A DNA stretch of 64,000 bases from Octopus vulgaris (taxonomy: Eukaryota): contig OX597817.1 of NCBI GenBank assembly GCA_951406725.2, positions 123,876,001-123,940,000 of the forward strand. The letters run 5' to 3'. Shown piece by piece: positions 1 to 13,478 of the stretch. The translations under genes and the position numbers were made by a program. Under the pieces are notes generated by a model, which saw only the letters and a list, made by a program, of their open reading frames with translations, did not search any database and was not told the DNA's origin. The stretch's first letter is position 1, and each line of letters begins with the position of its first letter.

Positions 1-148
1 CTACAAGCTGTAGAGCTGAGGAAAGAAAGGTACCCTATTTGAAGACCAGCTTTACACAAGTTTGATAATGCTATTCAAAGATTGCATAGTGTATAAGACA
101 AGCATCATGAATGATTCTCTCTCTGACTACTTCATGCCATGTGAGAAC

Positions 149-415
149 CAAATAAATAATAAATAAATGCGCTCTTTTAAAGCCTAGCCAGGCTCATGGG
201 CCCGGTTTCCCAGTTTCAATGGCATATGTGTTCCCCAGCTGGACAGGACACCAGTCCATCACAGTGTTACTCATTTTTGCCAGCTGAGTGAACTGGAGCA
301 ACATGAAATGAAGTGTTTTGCTCAAGAACACAATGCGTTGCTCGGTCCAGGAATCGAAACCACAATTTTACGATCATGATGCTGACATCCTAACCATTAA
401 ACCATGCGCTTCCAT
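149..415 (-). mobile_element. tRNA-derived SINE (family C, CORE/V-like middle)
   Basis: Minus strand reads tRNA-like head (TAATGGTTAGG...GGTTTCGATTCC), TTGTGTTCTTGAGCAAAACACTT middle and (TTTA)n tail; TGAGAACCA direct repeat at 140-148 and 416-424 is a TSD; related to 28280-28620 and 40365-40660. Confidence 0.8.
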
Positions 416-879
416 GAGAACCAGAAACACTGTGGTGAAAAACTCTTGCACAATAATGGGCTATATGGAACCTCATACATTCAAATTACTCATCCTGTTG
501 TTGCTATATCTCTGCCTTTCTATCCATAGTTAATATACAATTAAAATAACGAATTTTAGAAATATGTTTGTTTTTGGAGGAAATCAGATTTCTAGTATCC
601 TCTCCAAAACACCGTAATAATTAGCATGTTATATCCTTTAATTCTCACCTGTGAAGAAGATCATTTCATACTAAATCCAACACAACAGATTCTGTTTAGT
701 TTTGCTTGTGATTTATTCATTTTCTTAAATATTATATTATATTCATAAGACAGTTTGGAAGGTAAAGTCCAGGCAATATAAAGTCTCAAAAATTAAAATT
801 ACAGGAGATTATTTGGAAGTGTTTATTTATATACAGTGTCACTTTTTATGTATATATTTCTATCAATAATAAAAAAAAG

Positions 880-1052
880 CAATGACAACAACAATGACGG
901 TGATGAAGATGATGATGACGATCGTGATGATGATCATCATCATGACAATAACGACGACGATGATGATGATGATGATGATGAACATGGTGGCATTGGTGGT
1001 GGTGGTGGTGGTAACTGATTATGATGATGATGACGACGACAACGATGATAAC
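880..1052. repeat. compound (GAT/GAC)n-(GGT)n microsatellite
   Basis: Direct reading; explains the poly-D/G/H/M ORFs. Confidence 0.9.
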
Positions 1053-1331
1053 AATTTTTGTTGGCTTGATATTCTCAGTAGTCTTTTGCAATATTAATTC
1101 TTGTATGAAAACTTCCATAAAATATGCTATATTTAAGTCACAAATTATGTTATTCTGTTTCTCTAGTAAAAGATTAAAAGTTTCAAATTACATATAATTG
1201 CAGATAATTATGATTTTGATAACATTTTATAGCAATTTTGTCACTACTAGCTTTATATTCAGCATTGTAATTACTTTAAACTTTTTCTTCTTTTCCTCTT
1301 AATCTTTTTTGAGCGAATTTTTTAACTAACT

Positions 1332-1362
1332 TTATTATTATCATTACATTATTATTATTATA

Positions 1363-1412
<50 letters not shown>

Positions 1413-1462
1413 CATCATTATTATTATTATTATTATTATTATCATTATTATCATTATTATTA

Positions 1463-1523
<61 letters not shown>

Positions 1524-1550
1524 CATCATTATCATCATCATCATCATAAT
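1332..1550. repeat. (ATT/ATC)n microsatellite
   Basis: Direct reading. Confidence 0.95.
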
Positions 1551-2408
1551 TCCAAGTTCAATTTGTCAAGTTTTATTCTATTTATACTTGTTAGTAAGAT
1601 AAGCATTTCCTTGAAACTTGTGTTTTTGTTTATATAATTCGTTTTTTTTTTTTTGTTTTGTTTTTCTAATATGCAATTTTTCCTTTATTTTGTTGATTTA
1701 TTTATTTATTTATGTGTGTGATGTATTTTTGTTTCATTTTGTTTGTTTGTTTGTTTGTTTTTCTTCTTTCTTTTTTAATAAAGAAACTTAGTATCTCCCA
1801 ATCTCGTTTCAAGGAATATTGATTTACAAATTAATATCATAAGTGACCTTTTATAGCACAAAATAGCTTTTATTCTAATTTCTGGTGCTCATTTTATTCT
1901 CTACAACATTTCAATGGATGAGGCTAGTCAGAATAAATCAGCATCATTATGTTTCTTTTTTTTCTTCTGTTTTTCTTTTTTTTTTCTTCCTTTTTTTCCT
2001 TCTTTTTTTCTTTTTTTTTTAACTTCTCTCTCCTCTTCAATCTTTTTTTCCTTCTTTGATTATAGTCTTGATCATTATCTTCAAATAGAGAGAATTTACA
2101 AGAATTTTTGTTGCTGCTGCTGCTGCCGCTATTACTACTGTTACTACTGCTGCTACTGCTTTTACTACTTCTGCTGCTACTGCTTCTGCTGCCATGGCTA
2201 CTGCCGCTGCTGCTTTTGCTACTATTGCTACTCCTGTTATTGCATTTCTTTCTAGTATTATTGTAAGTTTGCTATTTCCACAGGAATTCTTTGTCTTTGT
2301 CCCCTTTCCAAAAATTATGATGTTCAGAGTTCATTCTTATCACTACTGATACCCTAAGAGCTTTATTATTTTTTTAAATTCTCAACTGGTTCTACTTTTA
2401 GATCTGGA

Positions 2409-2772
2409 CACCTTTCCAAACTCCATCTGTCTAACACCCATGGACATGTTTACAAAGTCAGAAAACAGCACAACTCCCATGAATTTTGGAAACATTTTTT
2501 CACGTTAAGAGTTGCTGAAGCATGGAACAAACTGCCGGCATCAGTTGTTAGTTGTCAGAGCACTGCATCCTTCAAAATTTCCATGCCTCCTGAAATTCGC
2601 CAACACTACACCTGATTTTCTCCCCTCCATACACACGCAAGCATGTATCTGACTCATGCACTGTTCACTTTCCAGACATTTCGACATTACTGCATATACT
2701 TTATATGCACTTTTGACAAGTTGTGGTGCACCTGAGCACTGTATACAAAAATTTCATTATTATTATTATTAT
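2409..2772 (+). mobile_element. 3' end of CR1-group LINE (ORF2 C-terminus, 3' UTR, (ATT)n tail)
   Basis: 2409-2615 translates HLSKLHLSNTHGHVYKVRKQHNSHEFWKHFFTLRVAEAWNKLPASVVSCQSTASFK...*, matching the CR1 C-terminal pattern TRGH..K...FF..RV...WN.LP..VV......FK; ends in (ATT)n. Confidence 0.85.
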
Positions 2773-3105
2773 AAGTATAAAGAATTTTTCCTTGCAATCT
2801 TGGGTATCTCAGATTCTCACTGCATGGCACCATTTTAAGATATTCCTAAGTCTATCTAAGCCTTCTGGATGAAACTGGGTAAACAGAATAAATGGGAAAG
2901 GTAACCAGATGGATCATATATTTCTTTTACCATCAAATTATTTCAGTCATCAGACTGCAGCCATGCTGAAGCATCACCTTGAAGACTTTTAGTCAAATAA
3001 ATTTACTTCAGCTCTATATTTAAGAGATAAGGAATTATGTACATTATTTACTTTATTTACATTATTTACATTTGACAGATATTTGTCCTCGTCTTGTTTG
3101 TTGTT

Positions 3106-3151
3106 AACACAATGTTTCGGCTGATATACCCTCCAGCCTTCATCAGGTGTC
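3106..3151 (-). ncRNA. minimal type I hammerhead ribozyme motif
   Basis: GACAC-CTGATGA-A-GGCTG(GAGGGTATAT)CAGCC-GAAA-CATT-GTGTT: stem I GACAC/GTGTT, stem II GGCTG/CAGCC, canonical core, vestigial stem III. Confidence 0.7.
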
Positions 3152-3198
3152 TTCGGGAAATTTCAAACTTGGGTTCTCATTCCTAAGGTATTTTTCAA

Positions 3199-3287
<89 letters not shown>

Positions 3288-3467
3288 TCACTGCCTGTAA
3301 TCAAACTCAGAATCTTGGGATTAGTAGCCTGCGCTCTTAACCACTATGCTATATGCCTGTGTGCGTAGTAGTTAAGAGCACGGGCTATTAACCCCAACAT
3401 TCTGAGTTCGATTCTAGGCAGTGACCTGAATAATAGTAGTAGTAGTAATAATAATAATAATAATAAT

Positions 3468-3528
<61 letters not shown>

Positions 3529-3575
3529 TCGAAAAATACCTTTGGAATGAGAACTCAGGTTCGAAATTTCCCCAA

Positions 3576-3621
3576 GACACCTGATGAAGGCTGGAGGGTA
3601 TATCAGCCGAAACTTTGTATT
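3576..3621 (+). ncRNA. minimal type I hammerhead ribozyme motif (decayed second copy)
   Basis: GACAC-CTGATGA-A-GGCTG...CAGCC-GAAA-CTTT-GTATT; same core and stem II, one stem I mismatch. Confidence 0.62.
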
Positions 3622-3744
3622 AACAACAAACAAGATGAGGACAAATATCTGTCTATTGTAAATAATGTAAATAATGTACTAAGCATTTTGTCAGTTTTGC
3701 TAATGGTTCTGCCAGTTTGCCACATTTTCTAGACCTAATACTAA

Positions 3745-4150
3745 TAATCCTTTCAACTAAAGGCAGAAAGCCTGAAATTTTGGGGAAGTGAACCAGTTGA
3801 TTATATTGACCCCACTGTTTCACTGGAACCCAAAAGGATGAAAGTCAAAGACGACTCTAGCAGAATTTGAACTCAGAATGTAAAGACAGACGAAATGCTG
3901 CTAAGCATTTTGCCTGGCCTGCTAAAAGTTCTGCTAGCTTACTGCTTTAATAATAATAATAATCCTTTCTACTAAAGGCACAAGGCCTGCAATTTTGTGG
4001 GTGGGAACTAGTTGATTACATCGAGCCCAGTGTTTGACTGGATCTTAATCTATTGACTCCAAAAGGATGAAAGGTAAAGTCAACCCCAGCTGAATTTGAA
4101 CTCAGAACATAAAGATGGACAAAATGCCATTAAACATTTTGCCTAGCATA
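3745..4150 (-). mobile_element. two tandem copies of SINE family A
   Basis: Two repeats of AGGATGAAAG.CAAAG.CGAC...GAATTTGAACTCAGAA...AAGCATTTTGCC, the reverse complement of the family A body. Confidence 0.8.
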
Positions 4151-4154
4151 TTCT

Positions 4155-4540
4155 ATTACTTGTTTCAGTCATTTGAATCTGGCTATGCTGGAGCACTGCC
4201 TTTAGTCGAGTAAATCTACTCCTGAATTTATTTTTTGTAAGCCTAGTACTTATTCTATCATTCTCTTTTGCTGAACGGCTAAGTTGCGGGGACGTAAACA
4301 CACCAGCATCGGTTGTCAAGCGATGTTAGGGGGACAAACGCAGACACACGAACATAAGCACACACACACACACACATATATACGATGGGCTTCTTTCAGT
4401 TTTCGTCTACCAAATCTTCTCACAAGGCTCTGGTCGGCCCAAGGCTACAGTAGAAGACACTTGCCTAAAGTGCCACACAGTGGAACTGAACCCGGAACCA
4501 TGTGGTTTGTAAGCAAGCTACTTACCACACAGCCACTCCT
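4155..4540 (-). mobile_element. tRNA-derived SINE family B (internal CA/TA microsatellite)
   Basis: Head GGAGTGGCTGTGTGGTAAGTAGCTTGC...GGGTTCAGTTCCAC, internal (TG)n, tail GTGCTCCAGCAT...ACTGAAACAAGTAA; near-identical to 53330-53742. Confidence 0.88.
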
Positions 4541-5119
4541 AATGATTCTGCCAGCTCACCATATTAGACTTTATGGTAATAATAAAACAGTACTAGAGCT
4601 GCCCTATAATGGATGATGAATCCAGTGACATCGAGATGTGTGAGTAAATGCAAACTTAATGTTCTCAGAAAATGAATTCCATCAATATTTTAGTACATTC
4701 GTTGAGAGATGACAGTTATAGCGAACATTTTAGTACAGTTGTTGAAAAATGACAGTTTGAGTAAACCTGTCAACTGTAAATTTCTGGACGTCACACATAG
4801 TTTGACTTTCAGTTCACACCGACACTTCCACATATTTGGGAGTCAGTTGATTCACATTAACTTGAAATCATATCCCTTACTGTGTGATACCAAAAACCCA
4901 CACCTAGAAATACATCAATAACTTATTGCTAAGTGAGAATTCATTAAGCAAGGTCATAGCTTGAGACAATCTAGCATATAAATTATTTCACTACTGCAAT
5001 GGAAAGGGCTAGTAATTACTTTACAATACCCATAGATATTACCCCCAAAAAAACCTGTAAAGAAAAACCTATAGCATGGATTTTGAGCATGGTGTAGTTG
5101 GATGTCATTTATCTTTTAA

Positions 5120-5309
5120 TTTTTACTTGTTTCAATTATTAGTCTGTGACCATACTGGAGCTGTACCTTGAAAAAGTTGTGGTCGACTGAATCAATCCCG
5201 GTACTTTTTTAAAACCTGGTACTTATTCTATCAATCTCTTTTGACAGGTTGCTAAGTTACAAGGATGTACACAACACTGGTTGTGAAGTTATGGTTGGGA
5301 AAAACACGT

Positions 5310-5354
<45 letters not shown>

Positions 5355-5500
5355 CAATGAGCTTCTTTCAGTTTCCATCTACTAAATCCACTCACAAGGT
5401 TTTGACTGGCTCAAGATTATAGTAGAAAACACTTGGCCCAAGGTACCACATAGCAGGACTGAACTCACAACCATGTGATTAAGCTTCTCACCACACAGCC
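5120..5500 (-). mobile_element. SINE family B, diverged
   Basis: Colinear with 4155-4540 including internal (CA)n. Confidence 0.8.
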
Positions 5501-5609
5501 AGTTGGTTTTTTATAAATAAACAAGTTTTGACTAAGTCATCACAAATTCTGTTGACAGAGCTACAGTAATCATTGTTTGATCATCATCATTATCATCAAA
5601 GATCATTAT

Positions 5610-6120
5610 ATATATATATATAAGTGTGTGTGTGTGTGTATAAATGTATGTATATATGTGTATGTGTGCCATTGTGTCTGTGTTTGTCCTCCAATCACTG
5701 CTTGACAACTGGTGCTGGTGTGTTTGTGTACCTGTACTTAGCAGTTTGGCAAAAGAGACTGACAGAATAAGTATTTGGCTTAAGAAATAAAACCTGAGGT
5801 TGATTTGTTTGACTAAAACCTATCAAAGAGGTGCTCCAGCATGGCTGCAGTCAAATGACTGAAATACTTTAAAAAATGAAAGAATAAAAGAATGTCTATG
5901 TATGTGTGTCTCAGTGTCTGTGTTTGTCCCTGACAACATTTGACAACCGGTGTTGGTGTATTTACATCCTTATAACTTAGCAGTTTCATATAAAGAGACC
6001 AATACAATAAGTAAGGGCTTAACAAAATATAAATACTGTGGTCAATTCATTCAAATAAAAATTCCTCAATGTGGTGCCCCATCATGGTTCTAGTCTAATG
6101 ACTAAAACAAGTAAAAGATG
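5610..6120 (+). mobile_element. two tandem 3' halves of SINE family B
   Basis: Two repeats of TGTGTTTGTCC...TGACAAC.GGTG.TGGTGT...ACT.AAA.A tail. Confidence 0.75.
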
Positions 6121-6625
6121 AAAGAAAAGAAGAAGAAAAAGATAAAATATATCATAGAGCCCAGATAAAGAAACATCCTGAAGTATAGATATAGGAAAAT
6201 AATACTTTGTTTCTATTAAATCAGGAAGAAGCTTGGATAAAGTGAGTCTTCTGTTATTCCAATATAAATGCTGAATAAAAGATCTATTTCTTACATAGTC
6301 TTCACCATAAACCTTTGAATAGAATTTTGAATGATACAACAGCTTATGCATTCCTTTATTTATTTGAGGGACACAAACACAATATTTTACTCTCAGACCA
6401 CATTTAGAAACTGCATCAATTAAATAGTTAACCTTTAGCACTGCATTTTCTCTAGAATTATTTCCCCTACTACTACCCAGTTACTACAAGGGAGAAAACT
6501 CATATGGTGACATGATGCACCTACAGTGTGCTAAAGGTCAATGCTAGATAAAGCAAATAACATGAAGATACAGAAGAAATTTTATTCCATTAATGTTTTA
6601 CATATCAACTTCTCCATTTCTATCT

Positions 6626-6850
6626 TAACTATTTAGCATTTAAACCGACCTTATCCAGCCTAAATAATCTACCTGTTTCATCTTCAAACTGACCAGTTCT
6701 GACCTCTCAAACTTACCCTATAATATCATTCTAAAAATAAACAATCATATCATAGAAATTTGAAAGCTACATGGTAATAATGTATAACAAACTCAAATCA
6801 ATGTAAGTAAATAAACATTACATTAGACAGAGAAATCTGAATGTTAGAAA
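6626..6850. mobile_element. decayed TTAA-type MITE
   Basis: Starts TTAACTATTTAGCATTTAAA and ends TCTGAATGTTAGAA (imperfect inverted ends); size similar to 38107-38324 and 52568-52788. Confidence 0.4.
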
Positions 6851-7249
6851 AAAATCAAAGCTTCTCATTTATTAAGATTTTAAATAGTTTTTCTAATATA
6901 AGAGAAAGAAGGGGAGGAGGAAACAGCTGGTTATATCAATCCCAGTAAATGACTAGTAATTTATTTTATCAAACCCAGAAGATTTAAAGTCAAAGTTTGC
7001 CAAGGTAAAATTTAAAGCCAGAATGTTAAAAGATGGAATGAAATACTGCATTTATTTTCTCTGAAGCTTTATCAATTCTGCCAAGCCACTACTCATGGGA
7101 GTCCAAAACTTAGCTGACAAATTTTGTTGAAATAAACATCAGACAAATTGACTTACAACAAAGTAATATGTCAACCATAAAATAGGAGAATAGTTGCATT
7201 ATTCTATGGCTTTTATCACTTAAGCAGTCTCACATAAAGCAAATATATA

Positions 7250-7480
7250 TATTTCTTTATCACCCACAAGGGGCTAAACATAGAGGGAACAAACAAGGAC
7301 AGACAAAGGGATTAAGTCGATTATATCGACTCCAGTGCGTAACTGGTACTTTATTTATCGACCCCGAAAGGATAAAAGGCAAAGTCAACCTTGGCAGAAT
7401 TTGAACTCAGAACGTAACGACAGATGAAATACCACTAAGCATTTCGTCCGGCATGCTAACGTGTCTGCCAGCTCGCCGCT
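7250..7480 (-). mobile_element. tRNA-derived SINE family A, full length
   Basis: Minus strand: GCGGCGAGCTGGCAGA head, GAGTTCAAATTC B-box, GCCTTT.ATCCTTTCGGGGTCGATAAATAAAGTACC conserved middle (resembles Meta/MESC-type SINE domain), AGCCCCTTGTGGG..ATAAAGAAATA tail. Confidence 0.9.
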
Positions 7481-8506
7481 GATATAAAGCAAACATGTAT
7501 ATAGTTACCTGTATATTTACTTAAACAAAGTCATTTGATCTGCTTGAGATAGTAGCCATATGACTTTCAACTCACACTCTACCATAAAAAGAAAATGGAA
7601 GGGCACATTGCATAATGTACTTGTGGGATCCTTGCACAAAGTAAAAAGCAAAATGAAGGGTTCCTGGTCAGAATGCCTTTGATTATAGGTTTGCTCAATG
7701 ATAGGGAAGATTTTGATCATAAAACCTGCTTGATCAGCTAGTACCAGGGGCTAAACAACTACAACAGCAGCACATTACACACACTGACACGCACATACAC
7801 ACATACACACACATCTGTACATAAATTCATACACAAAATGTACGCAACATAAACGAATGGTTCCATATAATGTCATGATGCTCATGTTATATTTATGCTT
7901 GCCAAACAATTATATTAAATAGATCAGCAAAACTTTTCTAAATTCTACTTGTTCTTATTTTCCAATTCTCTTCTATGATCATTTCAAATAGTAAAGTAAT
8001 ATAATGAGTTGTCTGGAAATTGTTTCTCAGATTAAACACCTGAGGTTATATAGAATTGGGTTGTAGCAGAATTAGTCATAAATCTTCATGAAATATCACT
8101 CCCATGAACAGAAACATAAATTTATAAATATAACCAAATTAAAAGATAATAGACATTTTTTCTTCTAATCATCAAACATTCTTACTTTGAAATTTAATTG
8201 GTTCTATGATTGTTTGAACCTCTGAGTCTTAATGAGAAATAGCATATATAAATGCATACAGGTGTGTTTATGCATGTATAGATGTATTTATGTATGTATG
8301 TGTGTCTATATAATATATTATACGTGTGCATGTGCAAACATGAACATGCACACATATTTATTTACAATGTATATACACACATGTTATGTGCAATGTTCCA
8401 TATAATACATTACGTGCCAGCTGCATGGAAATATATATGTTAAAACATTGATGATTATATTTATGATGTTAGATATAAATTCACATATTCCATTTATTTT
8501 TAACAA

Positions 8507-8627
8507 TCATTACTATTAAGGCCAGATCATATGATATAATTTTGTAAGCAAATTTCCTTGAATTTATCATTACTATTAAGTCTTGATCATATGACAGGAT
8601 TCTGTAAGCAAACTTCTTTGAATTTAT
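8507..8627. repeat. 60-bp tandem duplication (2 diverged units)
   Basis: ATCATTACTATTAAG...GATCATATGA...TGTAAGCAAA.TTC.TTGAATTT repeated with period 60. Confidence 0.85.
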
Positions 8628-8821
8628 GATACAGGTATGCTTCAGTCTATTGTTTGGATTATTTTGCAGAATTATAGGCCTATAATTTTAAAAGCGTGTG
8701 AAAACTATGAATTTGAAAGAATTTACCAAGAAAGTTAATCATTTAGATATAGTGGGGAGGAAAAAGGGAGCATGCATACAATTTCATAGTAGTGTAGTTT
8801 TCATGAAACATTGTCTCGTAT

Positions 8822-9053
8822 TATTTCTTTATTGCCCACAAGGGACTAAACACAGAGGGGACAAACAAGGACAGACAAAGGGATTAAGTCAGTTACATCA
8901 ACTCCAGTACGTAACTGGTACTTAATTTATCGACCCCAAAAGAATGGAAGGCAAAGTCGACCTCAGCGGAATTTAAACTCAAAACGTAACAGCAGACGAA
9001 ATACCGCTAAGCAATTCGCCCAGTGTGCCAACGGTTCTGCCAGCTCGCCACCT
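8822..9053 (-). mobile_element. SINE family A, full length
   Basis: Colinear with 7250-7480. Confidence 0.9.
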
Positions 9054-9309
9054 TCTCATATATATTTATAGATGTTTATGATTATGTAAATAGAGCTATA
9101 AGCCTTCACTCTATATTGACTATAAAAATAGTCTAATATTAGGGCATATAAGTCCTTGTAATGAAACAAATGGGTACACATATAAATGCCCATTTTTTAC
9201 ATTACAGTTTTCATATACCCCAGTATTGGACTATTTTCTATAATCAACATATGGTGAAGGCTTAAAATTCTATTTGCAAATCTACAGTTGCTAGAATTTG
9301 CACACCTTT

Positions 9310-9507
9310 TATCCTTTATTTGTTTCATTCATTTGACTGTGGCCATGCTGGGGTACTGCCTTGAACGGTTTTGGTCAAAGAAATTGACCCAAAGATTTAT
9401 TATCTTTTGAAGCCTAGTACTTATTATTTTGCTTAACTGTTGCTGAACAGTAGTGAAGTGGTGATGGGTGGACAAACACAGACACAACGACACACACACA
9501 AATATAC

Positions 9508-9546
<39 letters not shown>
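9310..9546 (-). mobile_element. SINE family B 3' half plus (AG)n
   Basis: CATTTGACTGTGGCCATGCTGG...GGACAAACACAGACAC followed by (AG)n. Confidence 0.7.
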
Positions 9547-10018
9547 AGGGTGTAATTGTAAGAGGACAAGCAAATTAGGCAAGCTGATATGCAAAAAATA
9601 TTAAATACACTTCTGATACAGTTAGTTCTCTACAAAATAATTCCATCTTTAATCTTCTTTCTGTCAGCACCTCAAATGTAATATCTTCCTATGAAGACAG
9701 AGGCTGGTATTATCCGATGATGGAATCAATTTACAGTCATTATTTGGGACCACCAAGTCTCCAAAAACAGCTCTTGGACTCATAAATCTCATATTCAACC
9801 CCTTTAATTCTTGATACCATTTCTATTCCGTGCAAGTCAGACCTTTCTGTAAGTAAACATATGTGCATTTTTGTATTAACTGTATTTAATATTTTTTGTA
9901 TATCAACTCATCTAACTTGCTTGTCCTTACATATACTCCTCTACCTGCTCAAGTTTAAACCCCATGAGCACTATGAAGTGTATTCTATATGGAGAATAAT
10001 TGTCTTGTATCTATGAAT

Positions 10019-11567
<1,549 letters not shown>

Positions 11568-11579
11568 ACACACACACAC

Positions 11580-11870
11580 AAACTGTGGCCATGCTGGACC
11601 ACTGCCTTGAAGAATTTTAGCCACATTCTATTGGTTCCTTTTTTGCCAAACTGCTAAGTTATAAGGATGTTAACACATCAGTACCAGTTGTCAAAGACAA
11701 ATACACACAACTAGGTTCTTTCAGCTTCCCTTCCCTCTACCAAATCAACTCACAAAGCTTTGCCTGGCCCAAGACTGCAGTAGAACACACTTATCCAAAA
11801 TGTCATATGGTAAGGTTGAACCTAGAATCATGTGGTTGAAGGAAACTTCTTATCCAACAGCCACACCTAA
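11580..11870 (-). mobile_element. SINE family B, diverged
   Basis: ACTGTGGCCATGCTGG...CTACCAAATCAACTCACAAAGCTT...CAACAGCCACACC. Confidence 0.72.
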
Positions 11871-12159
11871 TATTATTTTAATAGAAACTAGTATAAAAAA
11901 AAATATTTCAACCAATCAGTCAATGCAAAAATTAAGGAATGTAATAAAGAATTATTACAGCCTGTAGTACCTTTCTTTAGAGTTTGATATCTTCAAGTAT
12001 GTGTGTGTCAAATAGTAGGGGTCAAAGTATATATTTGTGATTGTTGTTGCTTAGTACCAAGTCAATTCTGATCAGACAAACCAATTATCAAAGACATTTT
12101 AACTGTGGCCATTCCACCTTTTTACCCAAATGTCCTTTTTTGTATGCATCACAATATCC

Positions 12160-12370
12160 TCTTCTACTCTAGGCACAATGCCCAAAGTTTTTGGGGAGTG
12201 GGCCAGTCGATTAGATCAACCCCTGTACTCAACTGGTGCTTAATTTATTGACCCTGAAAGGATGAAAGGCAAAGTTGACCTTGGCAGAATTTGAACTCAG
12301 AACATAAAGACAGACAAAATACTGCTAAGCATTTTGCCTGGTGTGCTAACGTTTCTGCCAGCTTGCCACT
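12160..12370 (-). mobile_element. SINE family A (variant tail)
   Basis: Family A head and middle; tail GCATTGTGCCTAGAGTAGAAG. Confidence 0.85.
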
Positions 12371-12473
12371 GTCTTTTCTGTTCTACACTGCCGATGATTC
12401 TGCTTATAATCAGCTTTCTCTCTGTTTATTTGTGATCCATAATTCACGTACATTAATATTACTCATCCAGTGA

Positions 12474-12690
12474 TAAGGCAGTGAGCTGGCAGGGTTGTTA
12501 GAAGACCAGGCAAAATATTTAGTGGCATTTCATCTGTCGTTATCTTCTGAGTTCAAATTCGGATGAGGTCAACATTACCTTTCATTCTTTCAGGGTCTAT
12601 AAAATAAGTACCAGACGAGTACTGGGGTTGATGTAAGTGACTTATCCCCACCGCTGAAATTGCTGACCTTGTGCCAAAGTTTGAAACCAG
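12474..12690 (+). mobile_element. SINE family A (variant tail), inverted relative to 12160-12370
   Basis: AAGGCAGTGAGCTGGCAG...TTCTGAGTTCAAATTC...CCTTTCATTCTTTCAGGGTC...CCTTGTGCCAAAGTTTGAAACC. Confidence 0.85.
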
Positions 12691-13478
12691 TATTATTTAT
12701 CCAGTGGAGCCTACATGTTTCTTTTTTTTTTTAATTTATTTTTCAACCTTCTTCTATGCTCCACATTCAAAACCCATGTTTCACTACCATGTAGCCTTTT
12801 ACTTCAGGCACAGGCACAAAATTTTCCCTTCATTGAAAACAGATGTCTTTGTTACCAAGAGATAATCATATTCATATCACCTTTACCATGTTTAAGATGA
12901 TATGGCATGATTTGAGTAAAATTTGGCACCCAATTCTGTAAGCCTGAACAAGTGCATAGATGGTCTTTGCTTTCATAGAACTAGGTGTGAATGAGAAGCA
13001 AATTGGATAGTATGTCAATTGTCTTTCATAGGGGATATAATTATTCCTTGTTAGCTATTTTATGCCCCATATATTAAATATATGAACACTAATATAATTA
13101 CTGTCTTCTTAAATCAGTACAACCATATTGACATATTTGGTGCAAACTACATAGTTTGATTTTATTGAAGCACAATATAGCTTTGCTCATGTGTGAGTGT
13201 ATTTGTGTCATGTTTTGATTAGTCATCAAGATATATTTCAATATTTAGTTGTCCTGCTTTGTGCAAACATTTAAAAACTCTATATTATCTTGTCTTCCAA
13301 ATAAACATGAAACAAGCCAGCTGTATATGTTGGTTAACAGTTATCATTTATACTCTGTCTCTTCCCTGTTTATTTCTCTCTCCCCTCTCTTTCTCACATG
13401 AAAATGCTTGCTCAAGATAGCAAAGACTAAATGACAAGATTTCCTAAAAATTAGGATACTGTCTCTATTTAAAATATA

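Larger units (their letters stand above)
3017..3679. mobile_element. head-to-head dimer of a tRNA-headed, (AAT)n-containing, hammerhead-bearing non-autonomous retroelement
   Basis: Arms 3039-3349 and 3363-3679 are reverse complements; each reads tRNA-like head (TAGTRGTTAAGAGC...GAGTTYGATT), microsatellite, hammerhead motif, (AAATAATGT)n tail. Confidence 0.8.

Noticed and set aside
836-2255. ORFs rich in D/H/M/I/C/F
   Set aside because: Translations of trinucleotide microsatellites and poly-T tracts; the same applies to most ORFs in the track
3283-3428. Two tRNA-like sequences as real tRNA genes
   Set aside because: No acceptor stem, mismatched anticodon stems and no oligo-T terminator; they are SINE-type heads
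6082-6441. 119-aa minus-strand ORF
   Set aside because: No recognisable domain and its 3' end runs into a SINE tail
9600-9855. Possible exon with splice-like sites on both strands
   Set aside because: All frames between the plausible acceptor and donor contain stops; no recognisable peptide
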